From the IMG/VR virus record IMGVR_UViG_3300030019_000003, positions 1 through 64,000 of that record: DNA of 64,000 bases, one strand, 5' to 3'. Below are positions 9,276-19,806 of the stretch, one piece after another. A program made the translations under genes and the position numbers. The notes beneath the pieces were generated by a model. That model had not been told where the DNA came from. It saw only the letters and a list, made by a program, of their open reading frames with translations, and searched no databases. Numbering within the stretch: position 1 is the stretch's first letter; the number at the start of each line of letters is the position of its first letter.

Positions 9276-12143
9276 ATGGCAATAACTATAACTTCAGCCG
9301 ATATGGCTGCAATGATCTATGACCCTACACGGGTTATTAAAACAGTGATAGCAGGGATACAGAGTGATGGCGGCATCAATATTACTAACGCTACTAATCC
9401 TTTTACGATGCTTATTGAAACAGCAGCTACAACCTCTAATGGGTCTACAATATCTGTTAAAAATGACATTAGAAAAATACTACCAAGTTTAGCAGAAACA
9501 GTTGACCAATTATACACACATCTTACAGATGATACATTAGCAAATATGTTTTCAGTTCCTTCAAAAACAAGTATGTTTTTTTATGTCAATACGATGGATC
9601 TGAAACAGTCTGGTTATAGATCTCCTGGCGCTAACTATGTCGAGATGACGATACCTGCTAATACGTACATCACTATTATGAAACAAACTATCGTAACCTT
9701 ACTTAATGATATTGTTGTTAGACTTTATGACGATAATAATATTGTTATTGAGCAGCAAGCTAACAATAGCGATATTGCTATTAATGATATAGGTCTCTTA
9801 ACCTACGATATCTATAACGATGAAGAGGCTGTAAGCTGGATCGTATTCATTACGAATGTTAAACAGGTTAAGGTAACAACATTATCACCTGCTATTAGTG
9901 CAGATGAAGGTGTGAGTGTTACTGTTGATACAACTGATGCTTATTTCTATTGTGAAGTATCCTATGCTAATAACAGTACAAACAATGAGTACATTAGAAT
10001 ACCTATAACACATGCTGAAGAGTTTATAGATCCTACTACCCCTATGGCGTATGTTCAATTAGGTACTAATATGGTGACTGTTAAAATACCGGATGTTTAT
10101 ACAGTAACAGGCATGATAAGCGGAACTTTAAAAATAAATGTATATGAAACAAAAGGTGGGCTATATTTACCTATTAACAAATATCAATTTGCAGATTTTG
10201 TATTAACAAAAGGTGATGCTGGCTCATCATTATCTAAAGCAGCTTGTAAAAATATTGCTCTTCTCGCTAATGCAGGAACACCTATAAGTGGTGGTAGTGA
10301 TGGATTAACATTATCAGAATTAAGGGACAGTATTATTAATAGCACCACAGGTGATATTGACATACCTACTTCTGATTTACAGGTAAGCAGGCTAGGTAGC
10401 ATGGACGGCTATTATGTCTACCTTGCTAAAGATATTATTGGCGATAGAATTTATGTTGCTACTAAAAATCTACCTACTGTAGATAGTACACTTGTAAAGT
10501 GTAAACAAGATGTTCTGTTTAATACAGCAAGTGTCATTCTTAGTGAAGTAAGTGATAATGAAGCTGTTACTATTATGGAAGATTATTTTATTATTAAATC
10601 TGGAACATTGTTCAAGGTTAACAATGGTGTTGTCTCCATACTTACAAACTCAGAGGTTAGTTATTTAACAACTCTTTCCGATGCAGAGAAGATAACGTAT
10701 CTTAAAGCTAATAAGTTTTATTATACCCCTTACCAGTATATTATTAGTAGCGTTAATGGTAATACAGATATGCGCGTTTATAGTTTGGATAATCCTAGTA
10801 TAGCAGGTTTTAGAATTATGTCTCAGAACCCAAGTATGTCTCAAAACGTTAATACTTCTAAATACGTGTTGTCTAGGACAACTACAGGATATAAATTATC
10901 TATTAGTCTAAAAACAGATAGTAATTTTGATGCTCTTGATAAGAATTATGTTAACGTACAATTAGCAATACCTTTAAAAGGTGGCGAAGTAAATGTCTAT
11001 ATTAATGGCAGTTATGATGTTGTTAATGATGTTTATCATTTCCCTATTGAAAGTTCAATGTATGTTGATGCCGACGATTATCTAACAGTTGTTAATGGAC
11101 TATCAACATTAACAAGTAAAACAGTGTCGTTAAGTAGCGATTGTTATTTATACGTTTATACCACAGATGCTACTATTACTGATCCTACTAAGTTCTTAGT
11201 CGGTGAGGTTTACAGAGAAAATGGTTCACGTACTCACGTAGTCTTCTCTAAAGAAAAGATATCATTACAGTTTGGTAAACATGTCGAGAACTTATGGAAT
11301 AGAGTTTACAATACCTATACTGGAAGAAAATATAAAACATACGCGTTTGATTATCCTAAACGTTATACCGAAGATGTTTATGTTACTAATGCCAATGGCA
11401 GTATTTATACAAGTTCAACCGTTAACGGTGAAACAGTATTGGTTAAAAATCTTCTTTATAGCAAAGGTGATATTGTTGTTGACGAAAATGGTAATACTGT
11501 CTATGAACATAAAGTAGGCGATACAATATTGGATGGTAATAACAATCCTATCGTAGATGTTTATTCTGGTATACAACGTTTTATAGATATTATCATGCTA
11601 GAGTATGAATTCAAAGTAGCTAATTCTTCACCGTATGTTGAATATCTATCAACCTGCTTAGATATATTGGATATGTATATCTTTACAGATATGGTAGGTT
11701 ATAATAAAACATTTATAGATCAGACTCAACTGGTTTATAAGTCTTTGAAAAGTTGTTTGGATGTTACCCTTACGAATACAAGTTTAACCTATAACGTGGG
11801 TTATCTTATATCACCTACAGTAACACTGTATTTAAATACATCTGAGTCTCCAACCTCTGTAGAGTTAAATAACTATAGAGATACTGTTGGTAAGATTATT
11901 GATGGTTATTTAGATAAAAGTGTTATTTATCTAAGTGATATTAAAAATGATATTATTGCTAAACTTGGTTCTAATGTACTAAGTGTAAAAATAGCAGGAA
12001 TGGATACCTCTAATAACTCAGAGGTTATTACCGTTGGTAAGTCTTCTAATAAGTTAGTATTAAGTAAGCTCCTTGAGTTTAGTGCTACTAATGATTTAGA
12101 AGTAAAATACGATATAAATATTGTAGCGATTAATCTTGCATAG
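9276..12143 (+). CDS. Large virion structural protein, phiKZ gp87-like (putative baseplate component)
   Basis: 955 aa, N-terminal ATNPFTMLIE motif, GAGG RBS, synteny. Confidence 0.6.
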   Translation: MAITITSADMAAMIYDPTRVIKTVIAGIQSDGGINITNATNPFTMLIETAATTSNGSTISVKNDIRKILPSLAETVDQLYTHLTDDTLANMFSVPSKTSMFFYVNTMDLKQSGYRSPGANYVEMTIPANTYITIMKQTIVTLLNDIVVRLYDDNNIVIEQQANNSDIAINDIGLLTYDIYNDEEAVSWIVFITNVKQVKVTTLSPAISADEGVSVTVDTTDAYFYCEVSYANNSTNNEYIRIPITHAEEFIDPTTPMAYVQLGTNMVTVKIPDVYTVTGMISGTLKINVYETKGGLYLPINKYQFADFVLTKGDAGSSLSKAACKNIALLANAGTPISGGSDGLTLSELRDSIINSTTGDIDIPTSDLQVSRLGSMDGYYVYLAKDIIGDRIYVATKNLPTVDSTLVKCKQDVLFNTASVILSEVSDNEAVTIMEDYFIIKSGTLFKVNNGVVSILTNSEVSYLTTLSDAEKITYLKANKFYYTPYQYIISSVNGNTDMRVYSLDNPSIAGFRIMSQNPSMSQNVNTSKYVLSRTTTGYKLSISLKTDSNFDALDKNYVNVQLAIPLKGGEVNVYINGSYDVVNDVYHFPIESSMYVDADDYLTVVNGLSTLTSKTVSLSSDCYLYVYTTDATITDPTKFLVGEVYRENGSRTHVVFSKEKISLQFGKHVENLWNRVYNTYTGRKYKTYAFDYPKRYTEDVYVTNANGSIYTSSTVNGETVLVKNLLYSKGDIVVDENGNTVYEHKVGDTILDGNNNPIVDVYSGIQRFIDIIMLEYEFKVANSSPYVEYLSTCLDILDMYIFTDMVGYNKTFIDQTQLVYKSLKSCLDVTLTNTSLTYNVGYLISPTVTLYLNTSESPTSVELNNYRDTVGKIIDGYLDKSVIYLSDIKNDIIAKLGSNVLSVKIAGMDTSNNSEVITVGKSSNKLVLSKLLEFSATNDLEVKYDINIVAINLA

Positions 12144-12171
12144 CTATAGCCCTTTCGGGCTATAGCTATGC
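12138..12171. terminator. Bidirectional hairpin terminator between convergent genes
   Basis: 15-bp stem GCATAGCTATAGCCC-TTTC-GGGCTATAGCTATGC overlapping the stop of the 955-aa gene. Confidence 0.75.
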
Positions 12172-12173
12172 TA

Positions 12174-13094
12174 TTAACACAATGATCTAAACATTCTTAG
12201 AATAGTAAGTGACTCGAAGTCATTCTTTAGTACATTTGTAATGTTACTGAGTGTTGTATAACCCGTTTTAGTTTTAGCTGCTGCTGACTCGGGAGCCCAA
12301 TAGTACATACCGTTATCAACATAGTTTAAAGGTATGCCGTCACCGTATCCAGTAGATCCTAATGCATCGGGATTAGCCGATACATAACAACGATTTAATA
12401 ACTCAATAATTGTTGGTAGATTAGAAATGATCTGTTGCATGTCACAAAGTGTGAACTCCTTTTTACAATAAAGTTCACCTCTACTAATAGCCCCTATAAA
12501 GCCTTCAGTATCTAACAATGATCCTAACAACGTAGGCATGTTAGTAATTGTATTGGAAGACTGGAGGATCATTTCGCTAAACCATTCATAGATAGCATCA
12601 TAGGCATGCATACCTTTTGAAGTTGTACCGCACAAACTAAGAACAAAATCTTTATGATTTTCAAAGACGTCAAAGATACCTTTTTCTTTAGCAATATCTA
12701 TAAGGGTGTTTTCTAAGAAGTATGATGTATACTTAATGTCAACCATTCTAGATAATGTCTCAGGTTTTATCTCAAGAAGTTGTTTAAATAAATAGATATA
12801 ATCTCCCAAGTATTTATTATAAGTAGTAGCTAAGTTAACAGCATCATTAGCGGTAATAAGATCTGTTATCTTACATGTATCTCTTGCTTCTTTTAAGATC
12901 TCCATAACTCTTGCGTAGTTGGTGCTAGTACCAAACTCTGTTAATCGTGCTGTACTTACTTTATCAGTGACAATATTAACACCGATAGACTCTTCAAGAC
13001 TCTGTACAAGATTCTTAGAGACTAACTTAGTAGCCTCTAGATCATCAATGTAGCTTTCCAGTGTGAATTTTTGATGTTGTGTCAATTCAAACAT
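12174..13094 (-). CDS. Putative head protein (phiKZ gp86 position)
   Basis: 306 aa; QSLE|ES candidate cleavage site; synteny. Confidence 0.45.
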   Translation of the reverse strand: MFELTQHQKFTLESYIDDLEATKLVSKNLVQSLEESIGVNIVTDKVSTARLTEFGTSTNYARVMEILKEARDTCKITDLITANDAVNLATTYNKYLGDYIYLFKQLLEIKPETLSRMVDIKYTSYFLENTLIDIAKEKGIFDVFENHKDFVLSLCGTTSKGMHAYDAIYEWFSEMILQSSNTITNMPTLLGSLLDTEGFIGAISRGELYCKKEFTLCDMQQIISNLPTIIELLNRCYVSANPDALGSTGYGDGIPLNYVDNGMYYWAPESAAAKTKTGYTTLSNITNVLKNDFESLTILRMFRSLC

Positions 13095-13097
13095 AGG

Positions 13098-13553
13098 TTA
13101 TTCTTCATAGTTTGCTTTAATAAGTTCTTTAAATACATTTGAAATAATAACATATGTATCTGAAAACTCATTAAAATTTGCATTGATCATAGCGATCTCA
13201 GCTGGCGCATAATACTTAGTAAGTCCTACGTAATCTTCAAAAGAACCTGCTCCTAAAATACTGGTAGTCATGCCATTTTTGATTTCAATTTTAAACTCAA
13301 CTGCTTTGCGCAATTTGCTTTGAAAGAAATCTCTATCAATAACAGCTAGTTCATTAAGAGAATCTACTACACGTAGAATGTCCACCATAACACCATCCGT
13401 AGTTTCTTTATTAAGAACTTCAACATAAACATCTGCAATAGCTGCTGCTGTTGCTGTGTATACTACATCTTTATTACCAGCTACAGCTGCTGTTAACTTT
13501 TTCCTAAGAGTACTAAAACGTACGTCTCTTGGGTCTAGGTATCCTATAATCAT
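13098..13553 (-). CDS. Hypothetical protein (phiKZ gp85 position)
   Basis: 151-aa ORF coupled to the upstream gene by a 4-bp overlap. Confidence 0.45.
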   Translation of the reverse strand: MIIGYLDPRDVRFSTLRKKLTAAVAGNKDVVYTATAAAIADVYVEVLNKETTDGVMVDILRVVDSLNELAVIDRDFFQSKLRKAVEFKIEIKNGMTTSILGAGSFEDYVGLTKYYAPAEIAMINANFNEFSDTYVIISNVFKELIKANYEE

Positions 13554-14998
13554 GACTTAACTCCCATTGTTTTAAATTTTAAACTTGATATATAAAGTGG
13601 ATTTTCCATTAGATTTTCTATGGCCTCTTCTATTCTTTTAGCCTCAAAACCATTTCTAGCAGACTCGCTAAATTTAAGATAAAGCTTTTCAAAAAAGTTA
13701 AGGTCATCAATTGGCATTTCTTCTACTAAACGAGCTATCTTATTATAATTATCGAGATAAGCTTTAGCTGTATCTTTATCTAAGTTTAATAAGCGTACTT
13801 GCCTAACAAGATCATTTCTTAAACGAGCTATACGTTGTCTACCGGTATCGTATGTCTGAAAGGTTGAAAGTTGTTTTGATGTACTGCTAACATTACTAAG
13901 CTCGCCTAAAACCGTCATGATAAAAGCAAAAGAAAATAATATAACACCACCACCTGTAGCAGCCAATATAGAAAATCCCGATACGAGCATCAGAACAAAT
14001 CCGTATACGCCAACAAAAGATGACATTATCTTAATATTTTCCATAGGATCATAGACACCATAGTAGATAGCTGCTAATTTTTGATATTTAACAAGTCCTG
14101 ATGATAGCGCACCACCTAGTCCGAATCTGCTTGCAAATTGATCTGCTAATTGTTCGCAATCTGTTGTAACATGATTGCTCAACCCAAAACCATATCCACT
14201 TACATAAATTTCATTAACAGCTGCTAAGAAGACAGTATTAATGTTTTTATCTTTTAATTCAGAACCTGATTTCTTAAATGTCTTTTCATAAGCTAATAAC
14301 AACGATTCTTTAGCATCTTTATTTTGTTTAATAACAGAGTCGCCAATACTTTCTAAAAGAACAGTTGTATTGTAGATAGTTCTATAACTAGCTTCAATAG
14401 TTGTCCACGCATGACCCATCTCATGTATAAAGGTAGCGGCTATCTCTTCAGATGTCTTTTTAACTTCATTAATATAAAACGCTAAGTCGCCTGTAACATA
14501 AACTTTATATTCCTCAGGTAGGTTTTTCATCACAGCATTTTTTCTATCAATAAGAATACCATCTGTATTAAGGGCCTTATTCATTCCTTCTAATGACTTC
14601 ATCATCTTGTACCACATAACGTTATCAGAAGTAGTAGGATTCTTACTAAAGTAAACCTGCATGTCTTTATACCAATCATTAACATCGCCATCAATGATAT
14701 TAAAACGTGGAGGTGGTAATGTAACCACACCAAAGTTATAATATTCATCTGCCAGTTTAATATAGGGTCGTATCCCGATTCGTTTTTTAGTCATATCCTC
14801 AATATCTTCTAGAAGTTTAACATTATCAGGAGATTTTAAAAACCCGGCATTGGTAACATAACCATTATTAATAAAGGCGTTACGTATTTCGTCAAATTTA
14901 GCGATCAGGTCTTTAGTAAATTTATCATTAACCTGTGGATCGATCATTTCGAGTGATAATGTTTCAGAAATAGTTCTTAATCTTTTACTTGTAAGCAT
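13550..14998 (-). CDS. Virion protein with zincin HExxH metallopeptidase motif and transmembrane segment(s), phiKZ gp84-like
   Basis: IAATFIHEMGHAW, downstream EQLADQFASRFGLG (third ligand Glu), hydrophobic stretch FVGVYGFVLMLV...FAFIMTVL, N-terminal LSLE|M site. Confidence 0.65.
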   Translation of the reverse strand: MLTSKRLRTISETLSLEMIDPQVNDKFTKDLIAKFDEIRNAFINNGYVTNAGFLKSPDNVKLLEDIEDMTKKRIGIRPYIKLADEYYNFGVVTLPPPRFNIIDGDVNDWYKDMQVYFSKNPTTSDNVMWYKMMKSLEGMNKALNTDGILIDRKNAVMKNLPEEYKVYVTGDLAFYINEVKKTSEEIAATFIHEMGHAWTTIEASYRTIYNTTVLLESIGDSVIKQNKDAKESLLLAYEKTFKKSGSELKDKNINTVFLAAVNEIYVSGYGFGLSNHVTTDCEQLADQFASRFGLGGALSSGLVKYQKLAAIYYGVYDPMENIKIMSSFVGVYGFVLMLVSGFSILAATGGGVILFSFAFIMTVLGELSNVSSTSKQLSTFQTYDTGRQRIARLRNDLVRQVRLLNLDKDTAKAYLDNYNKIARLVEEMPIDDLNFFEKLYLKFSESARNGFEAKRIEEAIENLMENPLYISSLKFKTMGVKS

Positions 14999-15041
14999 GC
15001 TTTTCTCCGTGGTTATATGTCATTCAATGCACGTAAAAAGG

Positions 15042-15071
15042 TAGAGGTTAGTGGATATCCACTAACCTCTA
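15042..15071. terminator. Perfect 30-bp palindrome, probable terminator
   Basis: TAGAGGTTAGTGGATATCCACTAACCTCTA immediately after the stop of the 830-aa gene. Confidence 0.7.
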
Positions 15072-15076
15072 TTGTT

Positions 15077-17569
15077 CTACATGTACACACTATGTGTCAT
15101 ATCTAGATTCATGACATTTGTATATTCAGCTGCATTAACAGTATCTGCAACTAACTTATCACTACGTGTTACCCATAAGGTATCATAATAGAAAGAGGTA
15201 GTGATGTATTTATCTTCCCAGATAAGTGTTCCTGTATCTTCCATACTGGTACCTTCAACAATAATCTTAGTATACTGATAAGGGTCAAAGATAGTCACTG
15301 TTTCATACATAGGAACAATTAATATATTCTCAGGTTCAGCATAGGTTGCGACCATAGAAGAGTTACCAATAATGACGACCTCTGAATATTTCTTAGAAGA
15401 AATAATATCAGTACCAATCGTGTCATCTCTAGTAACCAATAGTGTTTTATAGTTATATTCTATCGTCTCTTCATCTTGTACCCAACGTAGGATACCAGTA
15501 TCAGCTTCTGTTGTACCAAGAATAGTGATAGAGTCGTATAACCAAGGTTCTTCAACGGTAATGATCTCTTTATAGCCAATAACAAGATCTTTAATATTAG
15601 AAGTAATAACCGTATTAGTATCGATAGCAGCTTCACCCATAGTATCACTGATGTATCTATAAACAACTTGTGGATCAAGTTCTCTATTAGAGATACGAAG
15701 AATATCACCACTACGTAACACTAGGCTATTTCTATAAACAAGGTTATCTGGCATATCATTGTTGTTAATAGTAATACTACTATCAGCAGTGTTAATAACA
15801 AAAGTACGCTGGTCACCTACGCTAACATAATCTGGAACCGCGTTAAACACAACAATCTTACCATCTCTTCTTAAGAAGGATTGAAAACGATACATTGTAT
15901 AAGGTAGTGCTGATATATCACCTATCTTACTAAATGTTTTACTAATAGTATTGAAAACATAGATGTTGTGATTTGTACGAAATGTTTTAATACCATCATA
16001 TTCAGTACTAATGCCAGTCCCGCCTGTACCACCAATAACAACGAGATTATTGTTTCGTGTTATAGCTAAAGAGACATTTTCTATAGCTGTGAATGGAAGA
16101 TCGGCTACCTTATCACGTGTGAATGTTGTTGTATTAAATTTGTATAATGCTAAGGGTTGTTCAGCTCCATTTGCATCAATAGACTTTGCTGGAATGTAAT
16201 AAACATTGTCATCTCTATCTACAACAGCAGAACCTGATAAAGCTGTACTGTAAAGTTCATCTTTATTAACAAGTTTTCCTAACAAGGTTACCTTATTAGA
16301 AGAAGCATTATAGCTATAGACATTAAACACGGAATAAGCTTCATCACCACCAGCGTTATCATAACAGTAGTTTACTGTAAACTTACCAGAATGCATAGGT
16401 AGCACATTAAGATAAGGAATACCAATGTTACTGTCATTTGCTGTTTCAATATCTACAAGCTTACCAATCTCTACTAACTTATCACCATAGATTCTATATC
16501 TAAAAAGAGATTTTGAATCATGCTTACTAAGAATAATAGCCCCATTATAAAACTCACTTGTAGCCTGAACAGTTTGACCGTTCAATAAGAGTTCTTGAGT
16601 ATAATCAAACTTACCAAGATAGTTTAGATTGTCTTTAGGAAGAACTAAAAAGTTTTCTTCAAGTACGTTGGTAGAAACAAGCCTGTAAGGCGTAACGTAA
16701 GAATTCTTTAGTTTTATTCTAGCATAAACAGTGTAGGTATCATAAGGTGTTAATTCACCAATGGCAACACTCGGAACAACTGTTTTTTGGTTCATACCTT
16801 GTGCTACGATATTACCATATCTATCTTTAACAATAATATCAATCGTATCAAACATAGCTGTATAAAGCATCAATTTAAAATAGAGTAACCTGTTTGTTAC
16901 CATGGCACCTATCTGTTTGATATCATAAAGTTTAGCTTCTTTAATATGAAGTGTAAAGTTTAATTTACCTTTTAAAGAAACACCACCTGTCTCGGTAGTA
17001 TGAATAGCAGATAAGATATAGTTCTTATCAGCATCTAGGATCTTACTATTAAATTTAAAAGAGAGTAAGTTAGTCTCATCTCTATCTCTAAAGATAATAA
17101 TGTTACCATCAGTATCCGTTATAGCCCAGCTGGTTGATTTATGAGAACCTATACCAGCGTACATCTTAAAGTCAGAGGTTCTTGCTTCAAAGTTAAAAGT
17201 ACCATCCATAAGTGGAGATCTAGTAAGAATAACAGTTGGTGTTGAGACAATAATATCTGAAAGAGTGAATCCTTCTTGATCTGATCTGAAACTAACAAAT
17301 CTACTAAAGTTATCATCTGTTACTTCACCAGTAACAGTATCTTTAAAATGATAACGTGTTCTAGCATAGATGACGTCACCTAGTTTAAGATCTAATTCTA
17401 CTCTAGAAATCAAAAGATTAACAGTATCCCTATCAGTAAGATGTAATATAGTAGTATCATCATTAACAACAGGTTTATTCCTAATCTCGTAGGAAGTTGC
17501 ATAATGTATCTTGGTAGAATCTGCATCCAAGATAGGAGCATCTATTTTTAGCGTTATAAGTTTAATCAT
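15077..17569 (-). CDS. Putative tail/virion appendage protein: Ig/Fn3-like domains + Kelch-like beta-propeller + two C-terminal repeats
   Basis: H-x-x-T-S-[W/Y] Ig-like modules, propeller-like repeats (LVVIGGTGG, GKIVVFN); clear paralog of 19807-21993. Confidence 0.55.
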   Translation of the reverse strand: MIKLITLKIDAPILDADSTKIHYATSYEIRNKPVVNDDTTILHLTDRDTVNLLISRVELDLKLGDVIYARTRYHFKDTVTGEVTDDNFSRFVSFRSDQEGFTLSDIIVSTPTVILTRSPLMDGTFNFEARTSDFKMYAGIGSHKSTSWAITDTDGNIIIFRDRDETNLLSFKFNSKILDADKNYILSAIHTTETGGVSLKGKLNFTLHIKEAKLYDIKQIGAMVTNRLLYFKLMLYTAMFDTIDIIVKDRYGNIVAQGMNQKTVVPSVAIGELTPYDTYTVYARIKLKNSYVTPYRLVSTNVLEENFLVLPKDNLNYLGKFDYTQELLLNGQTVQATSEFYNGAIILSKHDSKSLFRYRIYGDKLVEIGKLVDIETANDSNIGIPYLNVLPMHSGKFTVNYCYDNAGGDEAYSVFNVYSYNASSNKVTLLGKLVNKDELYSTALSGSAVVDRDDNVYYIPAKSIDANGAEQPLALYKFNTTTFTRDKVADLPFTAIENVSLAITRNNNLVVIGGTGGTGISTEYDGIKTFRTNHNIYVFNTISKTFSKIGDISALPYTMYRFQSFLRRDGKIVVFNAVPDYVSVGDQRTFVINTADSSITINNNDMPDNLVYRNSLVLRSGDILRISNRELDPQVVYRYISDTMGEAAIDTNTVITSNIKDLVIGYKEIITVEEPWLYDSITILGTTEADTGILRWVQDEETIEYNYKTLLVTRDDTIGTDIISSKKYSEVVIIGNSSMVATYAEPENILIVPMYETVTIFDPYQYTKIIVEGTSMEDTGTLIWEDKYITTSFYYDTLWVTRSDKLVADTVNAAEYTNVMNLDMTHSVYM

Positions 17570-17579
17570 AATTTTTTCC

Positions 17580-17981
17580 TTAAATCATTCCGATTGCTAT
17601 TGATGTTGTATAGATAGTGTCTTCACCGTCTTCGGTAATGATGACGTCTTGAATATTTTGATTCTTAGTATCTAAAATAAACCAATCTGATTCATTATCG
17701 TCTACAAAAACCTTAACCCTTGAATAGAGAGAATTTAGATCGGCATAATAACCAGAGCCATCCTGTTTTGGTAGCATACTATACCATATTGCTACTATAG
17801 GTTTTCCTGTTGCAGGAATAGGATAGTTAATAGCATCAAGAACAGGTTGTTTATTTTTATAGGTAGAGTCTATAAGTTTTGTAAATGCGGCATCTTCGGC
17901 AATTTCAACGCTGATAGCGTTAGGGTAACCACCTGTACCAACGTCGATAACGTCATTTATAATAATGTGTGCCATTAGCAA
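17580..17981 (-). CDS. Small Ig-like-domain protein related to the N-terminal module of the neighbouring appendage proteins
   Basis: AISVEIAEDAAFTKLIDS resembles SWQLSTFPDF / SWMIAKDIGFNHTILE modules in nearby genes. Confidence 0.45.
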   Translation of the reverse strand: MLMAHIIINDVIDVGTGGYPNAISVEIAEDAAFTKLIDSTYKNKQPVLDAINYPIPATGKPIVAIWYSMLPKQDGSGYYADLNSLYSRVKVFVDDNESDWFILDTKNQNIQDVIITEDGEDTIYTTSIAIGMI

Positions 17982-18064
17982 CCCTTTAATAGTGTGTCTT
18001 CAAGAAAAGTCCAAATTACAAGCTTTTTGATTAAATGAAAGATTAAAAAAACAAGGAATATCTT

Positions 18065-19777
18065 ATGATAAAGAAATATAAAACCGGTGACTTAGTGTTT
18101 AATTCAAACATAACAATAGCACCCATACCCGTACAAAAACTTACTCAATTTAAGATTGCCTTTGTTTCTGCTATAGAAAAATATAACAAAGAAAATGTAA
18201 ATGATACCATATCTTATAACATAAACACTAAAAGTATTAGTCTGTTATATACAAAATGGGAGTACGATATAGAAAAATCCATAAAAAACTATTTTCTAAA
18301 TAATTTACAAAATCTATTTGAAATTTCTGATATAGAATATGCCGGTGAGAATGAAATAGTGTTATTTAAAAAGTCTAAAGATAGCGTATATGACGTATAT
18401 CTACATATTGATAGCCAAACAGATTTACTTAAATTAACATTTATCACTAGTGGAAGTGCCCTAAAGAGTTTACTACTGGATATGTTTCCGGACGATAGTG
18501 ATGATTTTATAGATAACTATAACATCTTAGATAGTTTAAAAATTATGTATACTAATAATGAATTAGTTTTTTCAAGTGAGGATATAAATATGGGAAAAAA
18601 TAAAACAGTTTCTAAAGAAAATACAGATCAAAACGAGAATAACGAAGAAGCTCTAGAAGACGGAGATGCGATATCACAACATGTGGTTACTTTTGACGAA
18701 TTATCAAAGTATAATGGAACAGGTAAAACAGATGATTCGAATGTTGGTATCTCTAAAGAAGAACTTTTCTCTTATGATGAACTTATTCGTAAGAACAGGA
18801 TGGCTATGATGTCGCCTGCACATACTACTATCGGCTCTGCTATTAATTTTGATAAACTTGAAAAAGAGTTAACAAAGTATATCACCAGTACCAATAATAG
18901 AATGCTAGGTTATGAGTTTATTTCAGGACCAGATAGAGATGATAAAGAAACCAATAATCGTCTAGTTATTATTACGGGTTGTGATGATGATGAAAAAGCG
19001 TTACCTATTTTTGACCACCCTGTCATCGCACACGATCTTAAAAAGAACGTTTATGTTTGTGTTGATGTCAGAAAGTATATTAAGACTATTACTGACCAAC
19101 CTACAGATATCTTACCACTTGCTAAAGATACTGGTGCGGTTACGTTTATTATCTTAAGAGGTCTTATCACTTTAGACTATATCTTTGGTGTTCAACATTA
19201 TATTGGTAATAATAAAACGATAGCAGCTGCCTATGGTATGTTCATAGCTGCGCTTATTAATACTATTATACCTTTGAATCCTGTTGAATCTATGAATGTC
19301 GAAATTGTAGCTGCCTATTTTGGAACTATTATGTTTTATAAAGATAGTGAAATTGAAGATAGCTACAGTAATATTATCGGCAGATTAAGTACAACAGATT
19401 TTCCAGCTAAGATAACAGCATCTTATGTTGAAGAAATACTAGGTAAGATTGATATTTATGGTAGAAACTTAGAAGCTTTAGTTACTAACATTAAAGCAGT
19501 TCTTAATAGTGGTAAAGAATCTCTTGTAGATAGAGCTTCACTGCTAGCTAAATTATCATCATTATGGTATGGACCAGGTGAGAACATGGCCATGGGTATA
19601 GGTTTGGAAAATGGACCTACCTGGGTAGCTTTAATGTATGGTTCTTTAGTAGACAAGAACTTTAAGAAATCTAGACTAGGTGGAATGCTGGATAAATTCA
19701 GTAGATATATTAAACCTCTTGAATTTGATAAATTCATAAATCAATACATCGAACAACATAAACATGAAGAACTATGA
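18065..19777 (+). CDS. Conserved phiKZ-like hypothetical protein with a long N-terminal extension
   Basis: 570-aa ORF; the C-terminal ~320 aa (MMSPAHTT…PIFDHPV…VCVDVRKY) resembles a conserved phiKZ-family protein; internal RBS+ATG at 18590 and 18806. Confidence 0.5.
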   Translation: MIKKYKTGDLVFNSNITIAPIPVQKLTQFKIAFVSAIEKYNKENVNDTISYNINTKSISLLYTKWEYDIEKSIKNYFLNNLQNLFEISDIEYAGENEIVLFKKSKDSVYDVYLHIDSQTDLLKLTFITSGSALKSLLLDMFPDDSDDFIDNYNILDSLKIMYTNNELVFSSEDINMGKNKTVSKENTDQNENNEEALEDGDAISQHVVTFDELSKYNGTGKTDDSNVGISKEELFSYDELIRKNRMAMMSPAHTTIGSAINFDKLEKELTKYITSTNNRMLGYEFISGPDRDDKETNNRLVIITGCDDDEKALPIFDHPVIAHDLKKNVYVCVDVRKYIKTITDQPTDILPLAKDTGAVTFIILRGLITLDYIFGVQHYIGNNKTIAAAYGMFIAALINTIIPLNPVESMNVEIVAAYFGTIMFYKDSEIEDSYSNIIGRLSTTDFPAKITASYVEEILGKIDIYGRNLEALVTNIKAVLNSGKESLVDRASLLAKLSSLWYGPGENMAMGIGLENGPTWVALMYGSLVDKNFKKSRLGGMLDKFSRYIKPLEFDKFINQYIEQHKHEEL

Positions 19778-19797
19778 CCCTAGGGTCATAGTTCTTC
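19766..19797. terminator. Perfect 32-bp palindrome between convergent genes
   Basis: GAAGAACTATGACCCTAGGGTCATAGTTCTTC followed by Ts. Confidence 0.75.
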
Positions 19798-19806
19798 TTT
19801 TTAGTC

